Source: an uncultured Solirubrobacterales bacterium (GTDB lineage Bacteria; Actinomycetota; Thermoleophilia; Solirubrobacterales; Thermoleophilaceae). Taken from it: a DNA stretch of 64,000 nucleotides. Where the stretch lies: NCBI GenBank assembly GCA_963715445.1, contig OY970240.1, forward strand, positions 2,008,839 through 2,072,838, in the 5' to 3' direction. The translations under genes were made by a program, and so were the position numbers. Positions 34,115 through 42,669 of this stretch are shown here, piece after piece. The notes beneath the pieces are model-generated. The model searched no databases and was not told where the DNA came from. It saw nothing but the letters and a program-made list of their open reading frames with translations. Position 1 is the stretch's first letter, and each line of letters begins with the position of its first letter.

Positions 34115-36033
34115 CCTGGCAGCTGTCCTCGTTCGCGATCCTCGCGCTGCTGCTGGTGCTCGGCTTCGGCTGGTACGAACGCCGCCGCCCACCGGCCCGC
34201 GTGGTCGCTCTCGTGGCCGTTCTCGCCGCGCTGGCCGTGGTCGGCCGGCTCGCCTTCGCGGCGATCCCGAACGTCAAGCCCACCACGGACATCGTCCTCT
34301 TCGCGGGCTACGCGCTCGGGCCGATCCCCGGCTTCGCGGTCGGCTCGATCACCGCGCTCGTGTCGAACGTCTTCCTCGGCCAGGGCCCCTGGACCGCGTG
34401 GCAGATGGTCGGCTGGGGCGCCTGCGGCGTCGGGGGCGCGCTGCTCGCGCGGATGTCCGGCGGCCGAGACCTGGGGCGGGTGCCGCTGGCGATCGCCTGC
34501 GGCGTCGCCGGCCTCGCGTTCGGAGCGTTCATGGACGTCTACCAGTGGACGCTCGCCGCCCAGCAGGATCTCGCCACCTATCTGGCCATCTCCGGCACCT
34601 CGCTTCCCTACAACCTCGCTCACGCCTTTGGCAACGTGGGCTTCTGCCTCCTGATCGGTCCGATCTTCATCCGCTCGCTGCGCCGCTACCGCCAGCGCTT
34701 CGAGGTCCACTGGGAGGCTCCGGCTCGAGCGGTCGGCGCCGCGCGGGGCATTGCGGTGGCGGCGCTTGCGGCTCTCGCGATCGCCACGGGGCTCACGGTG
34801 CCCACAGAGTCAGCGCGGGCGGGTGGGCAGCACGCAGAGGCCAGCTCTACACCGGCGGCGCAGCTCGCGGCGGCGTCGCCCGCGAAGCGGGCGGTGCGCT
34901 ACCTGGCGGCGGTCCAGAACCGCGACGGCGGCTTCGGCGGCGGGCGCGGGCTGTCCTCCAACCAGCTCTACACCGGCTGGGTAGCGCTGGGGCTGGCCGC
35001 GGCCCGGCGCAACCCGCGCGACCAGCGGCGGGCCCGCGGCCGGGCGGTCACGCGCTACCTGCGCAGCCAGCTCGGCGGCCTGACCGACATCGGCGAGATC
35101 GAGCGCACCGTTCTCGTCCTGCGCGCGGCGGGGATCTCGCCGCGCTCGTTCGGCGGGCGCGACCTGGTTGCCGACATCGAGCGCCGCCGCCGCCCGAACG
35201 GCTCGATCGCCGAGTACGTCAGCTACACGGCGTTCGGCATCCTCGCGCTGAAGGCATCTGGCGCCCCGGTCTGGGGAACCGCGGCTACCTATCTCGAGCG
35301 CTCGCAGAACTCCGACGGCGGCTTCGGCATAGCGCCCGGTACCTCGAGCGACACGGACATGACCGGCGCGGCCCTCCAAGCACTTGCGGTGGTCGGCCGC
35401 GGGAGCGGGGAGGCCTCACGCCGAGCGGTCGAGTACCTGGTCCGCCGGCAGAGCCCGAACGGGGGCTTCGGCGCCACCGAGGGGCGCGACCCCAACGCCC
35501 AGTCGACCTCCTACGCCGTGCAGGGCCTACTTGCCGTGAAGGGCGCGCCGGGAACGCTGAATCGCGCCATCTCCTACCTGAAGCGCCTCCAGCGTTCGGA
35601 CGGATCGTTCCGCTACTCCAGCTCGAGCGATCAGACACCCGTCTGGGTGACCGCCCAGGTGCTGATGGCCCTGCGCCGCAAGCCTCTGCCGCTGGCCGCT
35701 CTGCCGCGCAAGAAGCGTCCCCGCGCGAGCGCCGCCGCCACTCCGCCTGCCGAGGGGACAGCGCAAGATGGCGCCGCCGCCAAAGATCGGAAAAAGGGCT
35801 CCGCCACCGCCGGCAGCTCCCAGTCCCCGGCGGCCGAGGAGAGCGGCGGGACCACAGCCGCCCCGGCCGCCTCTTCGGAGCAGGCCGATTCTCAGCTCGC
35901 GAGCGCGGCGGCCGATCGCGCCGACGAGGAGGGCGGCGGGTCAACCACGCTGATCGTCCTCGGCGCATGCGCGGCCCTGATCCTCGCGGGCATGCTGCCC
36001 TGGCGCTTTCGCGCCAAGCCTCTCGACGGCTAG
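34111..36033 (+). CDS. Fusion: ECF S-component-like membrane domain, extracellular prenyltransferase/squalene-oxidase-repeat (alpha/alpha barrel) domain, and C-terminal TM anchor
   Basis: N-terminus about 190 aa polytopic (IPNVKPTTDIVLFAGYALGP, GPWTAWQMVGW). Then repeats QNRDGGFGGG, RPNGSI, QNSDGGFG, QSPNGGFG, QRSDGSF. A Pro/Ala/Ser-rich linker and a final TM. GTGA overlap with the ATPase gene. Confidence 0.7.
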   Translation: MTWQLSSFAILALLLVLGFGWYERRRPPARVVALVAVLAALAVVGRLAFAAIPNVKPTTDIVLFAGYALGPIPGFAVGSITALVSNVFLGQGPWTAWQMVGWGACGVGGALLARMSGGRDLGRVPLAIACGVAGLAFGAFMDVYQWTLAAQQDLATYLAISGTSLPYNLAHAFGNVGFCLLIGPIFIRSLRRYRQRFEVHWEAPARAVGAARGIAVAALAALAIATGLTVPTESARAGGQHAEASSTPAAQLAAASPAKRAVRYLAAVQNRDGGFGGGRGLSSNQLYTGWVALGLAAARRNPRDQRRARGRAVTRYLRSQLGGLTDIGEIERTVLVLRAAGISPRSFGGRDLVADIERRRRPNGSIAEYVSYTAFGILALKASGAPVWGTAATYLERSQNSDGGFGIAPGTSSDTDMTGAALQALAVVGRGSGEASRRAVEYLVRRQSPNGGFGATEGRDPNAQSTSYAVQGLLAVKGAPGTLNRAISYLKRLQRSDGSFRYSSSSDQTPVWVTAQVLMALRRKPLPLAALPRKKRPRASAAATPPAEGTAQDGAAAKDRKKGSATAGSSQSPAAEESGGTTAAPAASSEQADSQLASAAADRADEEGGGSTTLIVLGACAALILAGMLPWRFRAKPLDG

Positions 36034-36055
36034 CCCCGGCTGTTGGCCCCAGCGG

Positions 36056-36895
36056 CTAGCGCAGGGTGCGAGCAACGAGCGCGTCGAACCAGCGGTCCGG
36101 GATGCGCTTGGCGACCATCCACCGAATGCGGGCATCGCGGCCCACCAGGTAGCGCGTGCGCGGTCGCTTCGCCGTGAGCGCATGGGCGATGCTCTCGGCG
36201 ACCTCCGAGGGCTCGATGCCCGTCTCTGAGGCGATCTTGACGGACTGCTTGCGAATCGCCTCCACGAGGACGGCGTAGCGGCGCTTCCCCTCCTCCGGAA
36301 CCACCGCCTCGATCTCGTCGGCGGTCGAGGTGCCCTTTGCCCAGATCGGCGTCTTCACTCCGCCGGGCTCGATCACCGAGACGCTGATGCCCTGCCCGTG
36401 CAGCTCGCGGCGCAGGGTGTCGCTCACAGCCTCGAGCGCGAACTTCGAGGCGCTGTAGGGCCCCACCATGGGAAGCGCGATCCGCCCTCCGATGGAGCTG
36501 ACGTTGACGATCCGCCCGCGCGCTGAGCGCAGCAGTGGAAGGAACGCCTGGATCACCGCGACCTGGCCGATCAGGTTCACCTCGAGCTGTTCGCGGAGCT
36601 TGTCGATCGGCATGAACTCGAGCGGCCCGGACACCGCGATCCCGGCGTTGTTGACGAGCCCGGAGAGCCCTGCGGAGCCGACCTTCTCGCCGACCTCCTT
36701 GGCCGCGGTCGCGATCGACTCCGCGTCGGTCACGTCGATCGCCAGCGGTTTGACGCCGTGCTCGCGCAGGCGCTCCGCGTCGCCGTGGCCGCGGATGCCG
36801 GCGAAGACCTCGAAGCCCTCGTCGCGCAGCCTCTCGGCTGTGGCGAAGCCGATTCCCGTGGATGCCCCGGTGATCACAACCGTCCCGCGCGCCAT
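36056..36895 (-). CDS. Short-chain dehydrogenase/reductase (SDR)
   Basis: VVITGASTGIGFA, NNAG, YSASK catalytic motif. Confidence 0.85.
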   Translation of the reverse strand: MARGTVVITGASTGIGFATAERLRDEGFEVFAGIRGHGDAERLREHGVKPLAIDVTDAESIATAAKEVGEKVGSAGLSGLVNNAGIAVSGPLEFMPIDKLREQLEVNLIGQVAVIQAFLPLLRSARGRIVNVSSIGGRIALPMVGPYSASKFALEAVSDTLRRELHGQGISVSVIEPGGVKTPIWAKGTSTADEIEAVVPEEGKRRYAVLVEAIRKQSVKIASETGIEPSEVAESIAHALTAKRPRTRYLVGRDARIRWMVAKRIPDRWFDALVARTLR

Positions 36896-36900
36896 GGCAG

Positions 36901-37437
36901 ATGACCCTATCCGGTAGCGTCGAGCCCGTGGAGCTGGAAGAGGCGATTCGGGGGCGGCGCACGCACAAGGCGTACGTGCCCGAGCCCTTGGAGCGGGAGA
37001 CGCTCGATGAGCTGTTCGATCTCGCGCGCTGGGCGCCGAACCACCACCTGACGAACCCGTGGCGCTTCCGCGTGCTCGGCCCGGAGGCGCTCGCCCGGCT
37101 GAAGCGCGCCGCCGGCCCCGACGCCGCCGCGAAGCTGGATCGCGCGCCGACGCTCGTCTGCGCGTCGGTGAAGATGTCGGGGGACCCGGTGCAGGACGAA
37201 GAGGATCTCTGCGCCGCGGCCTGCGCCGTCTTCATCGTGCTGCTCGCCGCCCACGCGCGTGGCCTGGCCGGCTACTGGCGGACCCCAGGAGTGCTGCGCA
37301 CGCCCGACGGCGCCGCGGCGGTCGGCATGAACGAGGACGAGCTCTTCGTGGCGCTGATCCACCTCGGCCACGCTCGCCAGGAGAAGGAGCCGCCCGAGCG
37401 GCTGCCACCCGCGGACTTCGTCTCCTACCTCTCGTGA
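36901..37437 (+). CDS. Nitroreductase family protein
   Basis: RRTHKAYVPEPL...LARWAPNHHLTNPWRF. Confidence 0.75.
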   Translation: MTLSGSVEPVELEEAIRGRRTHKAYVPEPLERETLDELFDLARWAPNHHLTNPWRFRVLGPEALARLKRAAGPDAAAKLDRAPTLVCASVKMSGDPVQDEEDLCAAACAVFIVLLAAHARGLAGYWRTPGVLRTPDGAAAVGMNEDELFVALIHLGHARQEKEPPERLPPADFVSYLS

Positions 37438-39140
37438 TCTCCCGCGCCACCGCACTGACCGCCCTGGAGCGCGACGAGTTCGACGTCGTCGTGATCGGCG
37501 GAGGGATCACCGGCGCGGGCGTCGCGCTCGACGCGGCCTCGCGCGGCTACACGGTCGCGGTGGTCGAGAAGGCCGACTACGCGGCCGGCACGTCGAGCCG
37601 CTCGTCGAAGCTGATCCACGGCGGCCTGCGCTACCTGCAGAACTTCGATCTAGGTCTGGTGCGCGAGGCGCTGCTCGAGCGCCAGCTGCTGGTCAACCTC
37701 GCGCCCCACCTGGTGCGGCCGCTGCCGCTTCTGATCCCCGCCTTCGAGGGCCGCCGCCCGGATCGAGTCACCGGCGTCGGGCTGAACATGTACGACGTCA
37801 TGGCCACCGAACGCCGGCGCCGACGCGGCGGCGGTGGGGCCGACGAGGCCAAGCGACGCCGCTCCAGCGAGGACGAGTGGAGCCCCGAGCGCCACCGCAC
37901 GATTGACGCCGAGGAGACGCTCGAGCTGCTGCCTGCGCTCGCGTCCCGGAGTCCAACCGCCTCGTACCTCTTCTACGACTGCCAGACCGACGACGTGCGC
38001 CTGGTGCTCACGATCCTGGGCGAGGCCGAGCGCTACGGCGCCGTCTGCGCCAACTCGGTCGAGGTGGCGGGCCTCGTGGAGCGCGACGGGCGCGCGGCCG
38101 GGGTGCTGTGCCGCGATGCGATCGGCGGCGGCGAGTTCGAGGTCGCGGCCACGAACGTGGTCAATGCCACAGGCGTCTGGGCCGACCGGATCCGACCGGA
38201 CGAGCTGCACGCAGAGGCCGAGGTGCCGAAGATCCGCCCGAGCCGCGGCACCCACGTCACCGTCTCGGCGGAGCAGCTCCCGGTGGTCGCAGGGGCGATC
38301 GTCCCGGCGGGCAGCGGCCGCTCGATCTTCGTCCTGCCCTGGCTCGGCCGCACCCTGATCGGCACTACCGACAACAACTACGAGGGGGGCCTCGACCACA
38401 TCCCTCCCGCGGAGGAGGACATCGAGTACCTGCTCGACGCCACCAACGAGTTCTTCGCCACCTCCCTGACGGCGTCCGACCTGACCGGCGCCTACGCCGG
38501 CGTGCGCCCGCTGATCTCGACCGGGGACCCGAAGAAGTCGGTCGACATCTCGCGCAAGGCGGAGCTCTACGAGACGAGCTCGGGCCTCGTGACGATCACC
38601 GGCGGCAAGCTCACCACCTGGCGGCGGATGGCCAAGATGGCGGTCGATCGGATCGTGGAGCGCGAAGGTCGCCAAGCGCCCTGCCGCACCGCCGAGATCC
38701 CCCTCGGGATGAGCGTCGAGCCGGAGGACCTGCCGGAGGTCGAGGGCGTGGGGGAGGAGACGCGGCGGATGCTCGCCGGCCGCTACGGCTACGCGGCGCA
38801 CGAGGTGCTCCAGCTGGCCGCTTCGGATCCGGCGCTGGCGCAGCGGATCAGCCCCGAGCTCCCGGATCTCGTAGCGGAGGCGTCCTTCGCCGCGAAGCGC
38901 GAGCAGGCGCGCGGTCTCGCCGATGTCCTGCTGCGCCGCACCCGCCTCGGCCTGCTCGATGCTCCGGCCCTCACTAAGGAGGGCGCCGAGGGCCCCAGGG
39001 CGGCGGCTCAGGCGATGGCGACCGTCCTCGGCTGGGACTCGGCGCGGATCGAGGCGGAGCTGCTCGACTGGCGCGACATCGCCGCGCGCGAGGGCCTCGT
39101 GCCGGGCGCCCCGGTTCCGCAGCCCGCCGAGTCGGCATGA
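37434..39140 (+). CDS. glpD: FAD-dependent glycerol-3-phosphate dehydrogenase/oxidase
   Basis: FDVVVIGGGITGAGVALDAASRGYTVAVVEKADYAAGTSSRSSKLIHGGLRYL. GTG at 37434 overlaps the nitroreductase stop (GTGA). Confidence 0.85.
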   Translation: MISRATALTALERDEFDVVVIGGGITGAGVALDAASRGYTVAVVEKADYAAGTSSRSSKLIHGGLRYLQNFDLGLVREALLERQLLVNLAPHLVRPLPLLIPAFEGRRPDRVTGVGLNMYDVMATERRRRRGGGGADEAKRRRSSEDEWSPERHRTIDAEETLELLPALASRSPTASYLFYDCQTDDVRLVLTILGEAERYGAVCANSVEVAGLVERDGRAAGVLCRDAIGGGEFEVAATNVVNATGVWADRIRPDELHAEAEVPKIRPSRGTHVTVSAEQLPVVAGAIVPAGSGRSIFVLPWLGRTLIGTTDNNYEGGLDHIPPAEEDIEYLLDATNEFFATSLTASDLTGAYAGVRPLISTGDPKKSVDISRKAELYETSSGLVTITGGKLTTWRRMAKMAVDRIVEREGRQAPCRTAEIPLGMSVEPEDLPEVEGVGEETRRMLAGRYGYAAHEVLQLAASDPALAQRISPELPDLVAEASFAAKREQARGLADVLLRRTRLGLLDAPALTKEGAEGPRAAAQAMATVLGWDSARIEAELLDWRDIAAREGLVPGAPVPQPAESA

Positions 39141-40024
39141 GGCTGCGGCTGCGCGACGCCACGTTGGACTTGGCGCCCGCGAAGCCGCTCCTGATGGGCA
39201 TCGTCAACGCCACGCCGGACTCGTTCTCGGACGAGCCGGGGGCGAAGCCGCTCGACGTGCTGGTGGAGCGGGGCTTGGCGCTCGCTGCGGCGGGCGCTGC
39301 GATCGTCGACGTGGGCGGCGAGTCCGGCCGCACGGACAGCGAGGCCGTCAGCGAGGACGAGGAGATCTCGCGGGTCGCACCGCTCGTGGAACGCCTGGCC
39401 GCCGAGGGCGTCGTCGTGTCGGTGGACACCTGGCGCGTCCCCGTGGCCCGTGAGGCGCTCGCCGCGGGCGCGGGCTTGATCAACGACGTCAGCGGCCTGA
39501 GCGATCCGGACATCGCGACGGCCTGCGCCGAGACGGGTGCAGGCCTCGTCATCACCCACACGCGCGCGGCGCCCAAGACGAAGGCGTTCCCCACCTACGA
39601 CGACGTGGTGGCGGACGTCTGCGCCCTGCTCTCGGAGCGCGTGGCGCAGGCAGAGGAGCGCGGCGTCGAGCCCGACCAGCTGCTGCTCGACCCGGGGATC
39701 GACCTCGCCAAGACTCCCGCGGAGTCGATCGAGATCCTGCGCCGCCTGCCGGAGCTCGAATACCTCGGCCGGCCGCTGCTGCTCGCCATCTCGCGCAAGG
39801 ACTTCGTCGGGGCGCTCACCGGGCGCCCGCCGGCCGGTCGCGGGGCCGGAACTCTCGGCGCCGTGGAGCCCGCACTCGGCTTCGCCGGCGGGACCGTGCT
39901 GCGCGTGCACGACGTGGAGGCGACCGCCGACTTCCTCGCAGTCCGCTCCGCGCTGCGCGGCGAGGCGCCGCTTCCCGCGGGCCCCCTCGACGAGCTGCTG
40001 CGCCGCGAGCGGGATCCCGCCTGA
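39137..40024 (+). CDS. folP: Dihydropteroate synthase
   Basis: LMGIVNATPDSFSD, IVDVGGES, LINDVSG, LLLDPGIDLAKT, ISRKDF, VLRVHDV. ATGA overlap with glpD. Confidence 0.9.
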   Translation: MRLRLRDATLDLAPAKPLLMGIVNATPDSFSDEPGAKPLDVLVERGLALAAAGAAIVDVGGESGRTDSEAVSEDEEISRVAPLVERLAAEGVVVSVDTWRVPVAREALAAGAGLINDVSGLSDPDIATACAETGAGLVITHTRAAPKTKAFPTYDDVVADVCALLSERVAQAEERGVEPDQLLLDPGIDLAKTPAESIEILRRLPELEYLGRPLLLAISRKDFVGALTGRPPAGRGAGTLGAVEPALGFAGGTVLRVHDVEATADFLAVRSALRGEAPLPAGPLDELLRRERDPA

Positions 40025-40118
40025 GCGCTCAGGCGAGCCTCGCCAGTCCGGCGTGCCAGTCGGCCGAGTAGCCTTCGCCGCTCACTTCACGACGACGAAC
40101 CACCAAGGAGCAGCCTCA

Positions 40119-41300
40119 GTGTCAGTCCTTCAGCGCAAGGAGCTCGAAGACAGCCCGCTTGCCGATCTTCACGCCATCGCCTCCGAGCTGGGCGTCGAGG
40201 GCTATCGCGGGCTGCGCCGCGAGGACCTGATCGCCGCCGTCCTCAAAGTGCAGGGCGGAGATTCCGAGCCCGATTCCGGTTCCGATGTGGACTCCGAGCC
40301 CGAGCCGTCCCGCATCCGCAGAGCGAGAAGCCGAGGTCGGGGCAGGGGCCGCGGGCGCGGCACGCGCGATTCCGAGGACTCCGGCGAGGAGGCCGAGTCG
40401 GGCACAGCCGCCGCCAGCCCACGTGCCGCCGACGACCGCGAGGACGATGAGGAGCCCGCTGACGCCGCACCCGACGCCGACGCCGAGATCGTCACGGGCA
40501 CGCTCGACGTGCTCACCAACGGCAGCGGCTTCCTGCGCGTCGAGGGAGAGGGCAAGGACGTCTACGTATCTCCCGCGCAGATCCGCCGCTGCGAGCTGCG
40601 CGCGGGCGACGAGGTGACCGGGCCGGTGCGTCCGCCCCGTCGCAACGAGCGCCATCCCTCGCTCGTGCGCGTCGAGCAGATCAACGGGCTCGACGCCGAG
40701 GCGCCCGAGCAGCGGGCGAAATTCTCCCAGCTGACGGCCGTCCATGCGACCGAGCGCCTCAGCGCGCCGTCGCTGCTCGAGTCCGTGCCCTTCGGCAAGG
40801 GCTCCCGAGTGGCCGTCGCCGGCGTGTCCGGCGCGGGCGCGACGCGGGTCCTGCGCGAGATCGTGGCTGCGCTGACCGCCGATCAGGGCGACCTCTCCGT
40901 GAGCGTCGTGCTCGCCGGAGCGCGTCCTGAGGAGGTCACCGAGTGGCAGCGCGAGGGTGGCGCGCCGATCTCCGGCGGCTCCTTCGACATCAGCCCCGAT
41001 GAAGCGGCCCAGGCCGCCGAGCTCGCGGTAGAGCGCGCCAAGCGAGTGGTCGAGCGGGGCGGCGACGCCGTCGTCGTGGTCGATTCCCTCGCCGTGCTCA
41101 ACCCCGGTGCCGCGCGACGCCTCTTCGGCGCCGGGCGCAAGGCCGAGGAGGGCGGATCGCTGACCGTGATCGCCGCGGTGGGCGACAACTCGGAGCACCT
41201 GCGGATCGCGAGCACGCGCATCGTGCTGGAGCCCGGGAAGTCCGGTCCCGCCGTCGTGGCGAATCGCTCGGGGACGCTGCGCGCAGACCTGCTCAGCTGA
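40119..41300 (+). CDS. Rho-like protein: Rho_N plus RG/acidic linker plus cold-shock-like RNA-binding domain plus degenerate, shortened RecA/ATPase domain
   Basis: LADLHAIASELGVEGYRGLRREDLIAAVLK, GTLDVLTNGSGFLRVEG...VYVSPAQIRRCELRAGDEVTG. The P-loop position reads AGVSGAGAT (no Lys). ARPEEVTEW, VVVVDSL, EEGGSLTVIAAV, NRSGTLRADLLS-stop. GTG at 40119 after AAGGAG. Confidence 0.7.
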   Translation: MSVLQRKELEDSPLADLHAIASELGVEGYRGLRREDLIAAVLKVQGGDSEPDSGSDVDSEPEPSRIRRARSRGRGRGRGRGTRDSEDSGEEAESGTAAASPRAADDREDDEEPADAAPDADAEIVTGTLDVLTNGSGFLRVEGEGKDVYVSPAQIRRCELRAGDEVTGPVRPPRRNERHPSLVRVEQINGLDAEAPEQRAKFSQLTAVHATERLSAPSLLESVPFGKGSRVAVAGVSGAGATRVLREIVAALTADQGDLSVSVVLAGARPEEVTEWQREGGAPISGGSFDISPDEAAQAAELAVERAKRVVERGGDAVVVVDSLAVLNPGAARRLFGAGRKAEEGGSLTVIAAVGDNSEHLRIASTRIVLEPGKSGPAVVANRSGTLRADLLS

Positions 41301-41318
41301 CCGGAGGGGGTCTGACGG

Positions 41319-42044
41319 GTGCGCCGCGAGCCTCGCCCGCCGACCACTCCCGATGAGGAGCTCCTGGAGGCCGAGACCCTTGCGGTCCTCTCAGAGCTCG
41401 ACGACAAGGCACGGGTCGAGAGGGTCAGGGCCGAGCTCGCGGACGGGTTCGCGGCGCTGGCCCACGTCGGCAAGGCGATCTCGATCTTCGGCTCGGCGCG
41501 CACGTTCCCCGGGCACCCCGAGTACGAGCAGGCGCGTGCGCTGGCGCGGCGCCTGGGCGAGGAGGGCTTCGCGATCATCACCGGCGGCGGCCCCGGCACG
41601 ATGGAGGCCGCCAACCGCGGCGCGCGCGACGCCGGCGCGGTGTCGATCGGGCTGGCGATAGACCTACCCCACGAGGAGGGAGCCAACTCCTACGCCGACA
41701 TCGCCCTCCGCTTCCACTACTTCTTCGTGCGCAAGGTGATGTTCGTCCGCTACGCGAGCGGCTTCGTCGTCTTCCCCGGAGGCTTCGGCACGCTCGACGA
41801 GCTCTTCGAGGCCGCCACCCTGCGCCAGACCGAGAAGATCCGCCACTTCCCGATCGCGCTCGTGGGCACGAGCTACTGGGGCGGCCTGGTGGACTGGCTG
41901 CGGGACACTGTCCTCGCCGAGGGCAAGATCTCGCCGTCCGACGTGGACACGCTCGAGGTCACCGACGACTCGGAGCGGGTGCTGGAGGCGATGCGCACGG
42001 TGGAGCACCGCCGCCCGCGCGTGGTGCCGGAGGACCCGGCCTAA
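41319..42044 (+). CDS. LOG family (TIGR00730) nucleotide phosphoribohydrolase
   Basis: SIFGSAR, ITGGGPGTMEAANRGA, PGGFGTLDELFE. Confidence 0.85.
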   Translation: MRREPRPPTTPDEELLEAETLAVLSELDDKARVERVRAELADGFAALAHVGKAISIFGSARTFPGHPEYEQARALARRLGEEGFAIITGGGPGTMEAANRGARDAGAVSIGLAIDLPHEEGANSYADIALRFHYFFVRKVMFVRYASGFVVFPGGFGTLDELFEAATLRQTEKIRHFPIALVGTSYWGGLVDWLRDTVLAEGKISPSDVDTLEVTDDSERVLEAMRTVEHRRPRVVPEDPA

Positions 42045-42047
42045 GCC

Positions 42048-42509
42048 CTAGCCGCGGTAGGCGACGCGCTTCCAGGACGGCTCGGGGGAGAGCTCGATCA
42101 GCTCCCAGTCCCGATCCGGCTGGGCGTATCCGAACGAGTGGTCGGCGTCGTCGAAGACGACCTCCAGCTCACCCTCGAGCACGCGCTGATCCAGCCAGGC
42201 GCCCCGGAAGACCAGGCGGCGCAGCCAGTGCACGAGCGAGCGGTCGGCGGGGCCGTGGAGATCGCTCCAGCAGTCCATGACGTGCTGGCCGAGACTCGAG
42301 TGGGCGTCGGTCACCTCGCCGTTCACAGCCAGGTTGACCAGGTCCTCGCGCTCCTCTTCGCCGAGCAGGCCGCCCACGAACCCGAGCTTGGTGGCCGCCT
42401 GCTCCACGCGCTCGGTGAAGTCGCGCTCGTTGAAGGTGAACCGCAGCTCACCGTACTCGAGCACGTAGTCGGCGCCCGACTCGTAATTTCCACGCTTGGT
42501 CAAGTCCAT
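42048..42509 (-). CDS. Hypothetical cytoplasmic protein
   Basis: ORF 42048..42536, acidic with balanced composition. ATG at 42509 preferred over the upstream TTG. Confidence 0.5.
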   Translation of the reverse strand: MDLTKRGNYESGADYVLEYGELRFTFNERDFTERVEQAATKLGFVGGLLGEEEREDLVNLAVNGEVTDAHSSLGQHVMDCWSDLHGPADRSLVHWLRRLVFRGAWLDQRVLEGELEVVFDDADHSFGYAQPDRDWELIELSPEPSWKRVAYRG

Positions 42510-42669
42510 GGGGTCAATGCGTTCCGGGCCGAGCAAGAAGAGCGCCCGGCGGGTGGCCGCGTCGGCATCCTAATCCCGATCCCTTCATCTACGGACGTAT
42601 TGCAACGTCACTTGCACAGGGACGGCGGGGGCCGGGGGAGAACATCGAGCGTTTGGTGCTGAAGAGGGC

